Part shown: positions 27,179 to 32,000 of the stretch, piece by piece
How the letters are laid out: each line of letters opens with the position of its first letter
How positions within the stretch are numbered: position 1 is the stretch's first letter
Assembly (NCBI GenBank): GCA_963692945.1
Contig: OY843585.1
Coordinates: forward strand, 600,001 to 632,000
Length of the DNA: 32,000 nucleotides
Reading direction: 5' to 3'
From: Bdellovibrionales bacterium
GTDB taxonomy: Bacteria; Bdellovibrionota; Bdellovibrionia; Bdellovibrionales; UBA1609
Position numbers and translations under genes: made by a program
Notes under the pieces: model-generated
What the model was told of the DNA's origin: nothing
Databases searched by the model: none
What the model saw: the letters and a program-made list of their open reading frames with translations, nothing else

Positions 27179-27592
27179 TTAGTAAGCATGCTTAAATTGA
27201 GATTCATTTTCTTTTTCTTCAGCACCTTCAATGCTTAGAGTTGTCCAAGGCATAGAGTAAAGACGCTTCATTTCTATAGGTTCTTTTGTGATTTCACATA
27301 ATCCATATTCACCAGATTCCATTTTAGCAAGAGCTATAGCAATTTGCTGTAATCGTCTTTGATCTCTTTGAATACGTTTGGTGTATTGAGATTCTTCTTG
27401 AAGTCGGTTGACTTGATCGGCCTGATCTCCTCCTTTTTCATTACCTAACATGGATAAAGCTTGTTTAGAGGCTTGTGGTCTGTTTTGGACTTCCGCTTTT
27501 TTTTCAATCAGTTTTTCATAAAGTTCTATGGCTTTTTTTGTAGTCAGTCTTTTTAATACATTTTTATGAATGGGGTGATTTTTCTTTGTCAT
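27179..27592 (-). CDS. DksA/TraR-family RNA polymerase-binding protein lacking the C4 zinc finger
   Basis: 137 aa. Coiled-coil region with a DQADQV tip (DxxDxA-like) and a C-terminal GEYGLCEITKEPIEMKRLYSMPWTTLSIEG. This aligns to the DksA YG.C..CG..I...RL...P....C..C region, but only the first Cys is kept. Confidence 0.72.
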   Translation of the reverse strand: MTKKNHPIHKNVLKRLTTKKAIELYEKLIEKKAEVQNRPQASKQALSMLGNEKGGDQADQVNRLQEESQYTKRIQRDQRRLQQIAIALAKMESGEYGLCEITKEPIEMKRLYSMPWTTLSIEGAEEKENESQFKHAY

Positions 27593-27933
27593 AAATAACT
27601 CCTTTCTACAATTCCTATGACATTACTAAATAAAAATAAGAAATAAACAAGCCTCTATAAGATAAATTATAGAAATCATGATCAAGTGCTTAAAAAAAAA
27701 CAATTATTATGGAAAAACCATTCTTAAGACGAGTTATTTTCCAAAAAATGATGAAAATATAATAAACAAACAACTAATATAGGTATTAAAAATTTGTATT
27801 TAAGATTTTTAATAAATAAAACAATAATATATAAAATAGATTTAGAAGATATCTAGAATTTATTTTTCAAAGGTCTCTTTATTTGTTATTTTTTGAGAAT
27901 TACGACTCTTTGTATTAAAGGTTTTATTTTTAA

Positions 27934-28875
27934 ATGATTTTATATTTATTATTTTTTTTAGGACTTAGTCTCCTCATTTTTGGAAGTCATTCTCTGGTTC
28001 GTTCTCTTCTAGCCTTATCTCAAATTCTTCGTATAAAACCGCTTTTTTTAAGTATAGTTGTGCTTGGTTTTGTAACTTCTTCAGCGGAATGGTTTGTCAC
28101 TTTGATTGCAGCCCATAAAGGAGCCTCTGATGTAGCCCTATCTAATGTGATAGGTTCAAATACTATTAATATTTTATTAGTTTTAGGTTTTGTTGGTCTT
28201 ATTTGTCCATTGCGACGGGTGGATTCGCAAATTATAAAATTTGATTTACCTTGCTTATTAGGTTTTTTAGTTTTCTTAGGTTTTCTATCTTATGATGGTT
28301 TTTTAAGTGTCGCTGATTGTTTTTTTTCTTTGCTTGTTTTTGTATTTTACATTTGTTTTTTATTTAAAAATCGGAAGCAAGAACAAGTTTTAGAGAGTTC
28401 TCCTCAAGAGTCTCTGGGGCTTTTTACCTCCTTAAGAGATTTGATTTTAGGTTTTATTTGTCTCTTTATAGGGTCTCATTTGATGGTTGATAATTCTATG
28501 GAAATAGGGATGACATTAGGTTTATCTGAGACATTTATTGGTTTTTTTGTCTTAGCTTTAGGAACAAGTTTACCAGAGTTAGTGACTTCTATTTTTGCGG
28601 CTTTGAAAAAAGAAGGAGGAATGGTTTTAGGAAATATTATAGGGTCTAATATTTTTAATACCTTATTTATTGTAGGTTCTGCAGGATTGTTTCAACCCTT
28701 GCCTGTTTCTTCTAACCTCTATACAGATTATTTTTTTATGTTCGCTATCAGCTTGTTTCTATGGTTTGTATTGGCGACTTTTAAAGGGATATCTAAAAAG
28801 GTTTCCGCTTTATTTCTTATAATTTATTTTGCGTATATCTATCTGTTTTTATGGCCGATGCCTTTGACGATTTAA
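27934..28875 (+). CDS. Ca2+/Na+ (cation) antiporter, CaCA/YrbG family
   Basis: 313 aa, polytopic. Two alpha-repeat motifs, GSNTINILLVLG and GTSLPELVTS...GNIIGSNIFNTLFIVG. Confidence 0.85.
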   Translation: MILYLLFFLGLSLLIFGSHSLVRSLLALSQILRIKPLFLSIVVLGFVTSSAEWFVTLIAAHKGASDVALSNVIGSNTINILLVLGFVGLICPLRRVDSQIIKFDLPCLLGFLVFLGFLSYDGFLSVADCFFSLLVFVFYICFLFKNRKQEQVLESSPQESLGLFTSLRDLILGFICLFIGSHLMVDNSMEIGMTLGLSETFIGFFVLALGTSLPELVTSIFAALKKEGGMVLGNIIGSNIFNTLFIVGSAGLFQPLPVSSNLYTDYFFMFAISLFLWFVLATFKGISKKVSALFLIIYFAYIYLFLWPMPLTI

Positions 28876-29645
28876 TTTTTCAATTCAAGAGTGATAGGGC
28901 AATGATCAGAGCCTAGTTGGTCTTGATGTATTTTAATACCTTTGAGATTTGATTTGAGTTTTGGAGTGACACAAATGTGATCTATTCTCCAACCTCTATT
29001 GTTTCTGCGAGCGTTTTCACGATGAGACCACCAAGTGTAAGCCTCTTTTTGGTTTGGGTAAAAGTATCTAAAGACATCTACATATCCTTCCTTTAAAAAA
29101 TGGGAAAACCATTTTCTTTCTTCTGGAAGGAAGCCGCTTGTTTTTTGTAATGTTTTTGGAGAGTGAACATCAATATCTAGATGTGCCACATTGTAATCAC
29201 CTACAATAATAAGTTCTTTTTTTGTGTCTTTTTGTAACTTTTTTAGAAAGACAACGATTCGTTTTAAAAACTCTTGTTTAAATAAATGACGCTCTAAGGT
29301 TAGAGCTCCATTTGGAAAGTAAATATTGAGTAAGAAAAAAGAATCAAATTCAGAGACAATGATTCTTCCCTCCCAATCATATTTTTTAATTCCTAAACCT
29401 CTAGTATCTAAGAAAGGAATTTGGCTGAAAGTGGCTGTTCCTGAATAGCCTTTTTTTCTTCCACAAGAAGACCAGTATTTAAAAGGGTAATTTCCCAGAT
29501 TTTTAATCTCCTCATCTAGCTGTTCTTTATGAGCTTTTGTTTCTTGGAGACAAAGGATGTCTGGCTTTTCTTTTTTAACAAAGTCTTCCAGTCCTTTGTA
29601 GAAAGAGGAACGGATTCCATTGACATTCCAAGAAGAGATTTTCAT
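28872..29645 (-). CDS. xth: exodeoxyribonuclease III
   Basis: 257 aa. MKISSWNVNGIRS, CLQETK, GDYNVAH, RIDH and SDHCP, the canonical Xth/APE1 motifs. Its stop overlaps the convergent antiporter stop (TTAA). Confidence 0.92.
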   Translation of the reverse strand: MKISSWNVNGIRSSFYKGLEDFVKKEKPDILCLQETKAHKEQLDEEIKNLGNYPFKYWSSCGRKKGYSGTATFSQIPFLDTRGLGIKKYDWEGRIIVSEFDSFFLLNIYFPNGALTLERHLFKQEFLKRIVVFLKKLQKDTKKELIIVGDYNVAHLDIDVHSPKTLQKTSGFLPEERKWFSHFLKEGYVDVFRYFYPNQKEAYTWWSHRENARRNNRGWRIDHICVTPKLKSNLKGIKIHQDQLGSDHCPITLELKN

Positions 29646-29698
29646 TGATTTAAAGTAAATGGTTTTTCTTTTAAGATCAATGCTCTCTAAAAAATTTT

Positions 29699-30892
29699 AT
29701 GGTAAAAAGAATTATATTTATGGATTTTTCAAAATATAGAAAAACTTTAGTACAAAATTATCCTTCTACAAAGGCTTTTTTAGATGAAGCAAATTGGGTG
29801 CCTCCTTTATTTTCAGAGGTTATTTCCTTACCTTCTGAAGCTTTTCAGTCTATGAAATCGGTAGTAAAATCTCTGTTTTCTTTGAAGCAAGATTCCAAAT
29901 ATCTTGAATATCTTTTTAAAGAAGCTCCAAACTTTATCCATCGTGAATCCCAGAAAAATGCTGTTTTAATGGCCTATGACTTTCATATAGATTCCAAGGG
30001 GCTTCCTCGTCTTATTGAAGTGAATACAAATGCTTCAGGTTTTTTACTTGTGAATTCTTTATATCAATTTCATAAATTAAATCATCTTCAGTCTTTAGAA
30101 AGTCTAAAAAACTCTTTTGAACAAGAATGGAATGTCTATAGCTCTATGAACGGGTTTCAAAATATAAAAAAACCTCAAAAAGTGATTCTTATTGATGAAA
30201 AACCTTTGGAACAAAAAATGTTTATAGAATTTCTTATGTATAAAGATTTTTTTAAATCTATGGGTTGGTTTTTAGAAATTTGTGACAGTTCTTCTCTTAA
30301 AATCAATGAGGAAGGTTTTTTAGTGAATTCTAATTTGGAAAAAGTGGATTTTATTTATAATAGGAGTACAGATTTTTATTTTAACAGACATCCCCATCTT
30401 TTAAAAGTTTATGAAACAAATAAGTGTTGTATAAGTCCTCATCCTAGAGAGTATTTTTTATTGTCCGATAAAAAACGTCTTTGTTTTTGGTTTCTTGAAA
30501 CCGAAAAATGGCCTTTATTGAAATCTATAGAAAAACACCTTATCCCTTCTTACTTTGTACAGGCCAATCAAGAACAGGAAAAAGAGGAGATTTGGAAAAA
30601 CAGGAAAAAGTATTTTTTTAAGTCCACAACGGGTCATGGTGGAAAAATGGCTTATAGAGGTTCCGGTCTAACTCGTAAAAAGTATGAATTTCTTTGCGAG
30701 GGTTCTTTTCTATTTCAAGAGTATATTCCTCCTTCTATTTGGACGGATTCCAAGGGGGAAGAGTGGAAAATGGATTTTAGAGTTTTTGTTTATAGAGATC
30801 AAATACAGCAATTGGTGGCCCGTTGTTATAAAGGGCAATTAACTAATTTTGGAGAGCCTGGAAGTGGTTGGGCTGCTGTTCGGGTGGATTGA
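29699..30892 (+). CDS. ATP-grasp-fold amidoligase, glutathionylspermidine-synthase-like/permuted topology (putative; substrate unknown)
   Basis: 397 aa. The metal-site-like DFHIDSKGLPRLIEVNTNASG lies near the N-terminus. LSDKKRLCFWF, FFKSTTGHGGKMAY, LFQEYIP and DFRVFVY...GEPGSGWAAV follow later, an order I recall for GspS-synthetase-like (YgiC/YjfC) and permuted ATP-grasp proteins. The start is uncertain (29699 or ATG 29720). Confidence 0.5.
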   Translation: MVKRIIFMDFSKYRKTLVQNYPSTKAFLDEANWVPPLFSEVISLPSEAFQSMKSVVKSLFSLKQDSKYLEYLFKEAPNFIHRESQKNAVLMAYDFHIDSKGLPRLIEVNTNASGFLLVNSLYQFHKLNHLQSLESLKNSFEQEWNVYSSMNGFQNIKKPQKVILIDEKPLEQKMFIEFLMYKDFFKSMGWFLEICDSSSLKINEEGFLVNSNLEKVDFIYNRSTDFYFNRHPHLLKVYETNKCCISPHPREYFLLSDKKRLCFWFLETEKWPLLKSIEKHLIPSYFVQANQEQEKEEIWKNRKKYFFKSTTGHGGKMAYRGSGLTRKKYEFLCEGSFLFQEYIPPSIWTDSKGEEWKMDFRVFVYRDQIQQLVARCYKGQLTNFGEPGSGWAAVRVD

Positions 30893-30985
30893 TTTGCTTT
30901 AAGGAAAAAAGTTGACAATAAGTGCTAAATATTTTTCTTTCTTGAGTTCTTAGTCTTTTTCTTTTTTTAATTAAACAGGGTAATT

Positions 30986-32000
30986 ATGAAATTTAAATTT
31001 TGGTCATCGCTTTTCATTTCCGTTTTTTTTCCTTTGTTGGTTATTTGTGTGTGGGGAGTTTATTTTATACAATCCTATGAATCTCAAACTCAGGAAAAAT
31101 CTATAAAAAATAATCTCAAACAAGAACAGATTTTTTATTTTAAATCTTTAGATGCTAAACTTTTATTTTTAGAGAAAAAGGTGCAACAAGTTTTTGAAGA
31201 GCAAAAGATAAAAGATGTAAGTCCTCTATTTGCTCTAATGGTTGTAAATGGTTCTCAAAATAAAATTACAAAGAAGTATTTTTGGGATGGTGAGGATTCT
31301 CCATTTAAAAAAAGTTTGACTTCCAACCAAGAAAAGTTGGTCTATTTTGTAAAAGGTATTGAGAGATTATCTAAAGATTCTTTTCAATTTGATACTTTTT
31401 CTTTCAATAAAAAAGATAAAATGAATGTAATTATTTTAGATGGAAAACGTTTTCCTCCTCTAAAAAAATCAAATCATCTAGTCGTGGTGTTAAGAGATAA
31501 TTATTTTTTTCAAGTGGATTCTCTTTTTTCTGAGGAAAATTCAAAAAATGAAAAAGTATTTCTTGTAAATGGTCAAGGACGATTGTTTTTTCATAACGAG
31601 GTTCAACATTTATTTAAAATTTTACCGAAACAGTCTTCAATTAGAGAATCCATTCAAGACTTTTATTATAGTCGTAACAAACAGAAATGGTTTTTAAAAA
31701 CTTCTAAAAGTAAAAACAGGACAGACATAACTTACATTCAGAAATGGAAAGACAAGGATGCTTTTTTAGTAACTAAAACCTATTTTTTTCAACCCTTATT
31801 TGTTTTTAATTCTTGGTCTTTAAAATGGAGTTTGTTTTGTTTAGGTGTTTTTCTGCTTATTTTTATGGGTTTAATTTTCACAGTCTCTCCTCTTTTTTCA
31901 GCTTATAATTATTTAAAGTCTTTTTTTATTTATTTTGCAAAAACAGGAGAGCCACCTTCTTGGAGTCAAAATATAAAAAATCCTTTTTTGTATTTTTACA
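30986..32000 (+). CDS. membrane-anchored sensor-type protein, N-terminal part (TM1, ~245-aa periplasmic domain, TM2); continues past the window end
   Basis: Absent from the ORF track because it has no stop. The manual reading frame from ATG 30986 stays open to 32000: MKFKFWSSLFISVFFPLLVICVWGVYF... then a hydrophilic domain, then WSLFCLGVFLLIFMGLIFTV. The output domain is unseen. Confidence 0.55.
   Translation, partial: MKFKFWSSLFISVFFPLLVICVWGVYFIQSYESQTQEKSIKNNLKQEQIFYFKSLDAKLLFLEKKVQQVFEEQKIKDVSPLFALMVVNGSQNKITKKYFWDGEDSPFKKSLTSNQEKLVYFVKGIERLSKDSFQFDTFSFNKKDKMNVIILDGKRFPPLKKSNHLVVVLRDNYFFQVDSLFSEENSKNEKVFLVNGQGRLFFHNEVQHLFKILPKQSSIRESIQDFYYSRNKQKWFLKTSKSKNRTDITYIQKWKDKDAFLVTKTYFFQPLFVFNSWSLKWSLFCLGVFLLIFMGLIFTVSPLFSAYNYLKSFFIYFAKTGEPPSWSQNIKNPFLYFY

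Overview
Low-GC (about one-third G+C by eye), gene-dense bacterial chromosomal segment carrying about 27 protein genes, almost all housekeeping, metabolic or transport functions.

- **Minus-strand block, 1-4426:** prs (runs off the left edge), rdgB (interrupted), rph, an MscS-family channel and a CBS-type PLP enzyme.
- **4551-16572:** feoAB, an orphan lipoprotein, a FadE-type acyl-CoA dehydrogenase, two divergent family-2 glycosyltransferases, punA-like PNP, scoAB and a CDF metal exporter.
- **16697-27592:** leuS (interrupted), speA, a CPA1 antiporter, a YejA/B/E-like ABC importer with no ATPase gene, an agmatinase-family hydrolase and a Cys-poor DksA-like protein.
- **27934-32000:** a CaCA antiporter, xth, a GspS-like ATP-grasp protein and a membrane sensor that runs off the right edge.

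I found no rRNA, tRNA, CRISPR array, transposase, integrase, phage gene or recognisable defence or toxin-antitoxin gene, and no convincing multi-gene novel system. This reads as core chromosome.

The features the gene calls do not explain are:
1. A three-copy tandem repeat of about 78 bp made from the 3' end of fadE, filling its 3' UTR up to a bidirectional terminator.
2. Two disrupted conserved genes: a 1-nt frameshift in a G5A3 run of essential leuS, and an in-frame TAA in rdgB.
3. A three-element complementary repeat (15-16 nt) upstream of prs that includes its Shine-Dalgarno sequence.
4. An orphan ATP-grasp amidoligase near a split speA/speB polyamine module.

All function calls rest on motif recognition by eye and memory of protein families. 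No database search was run.
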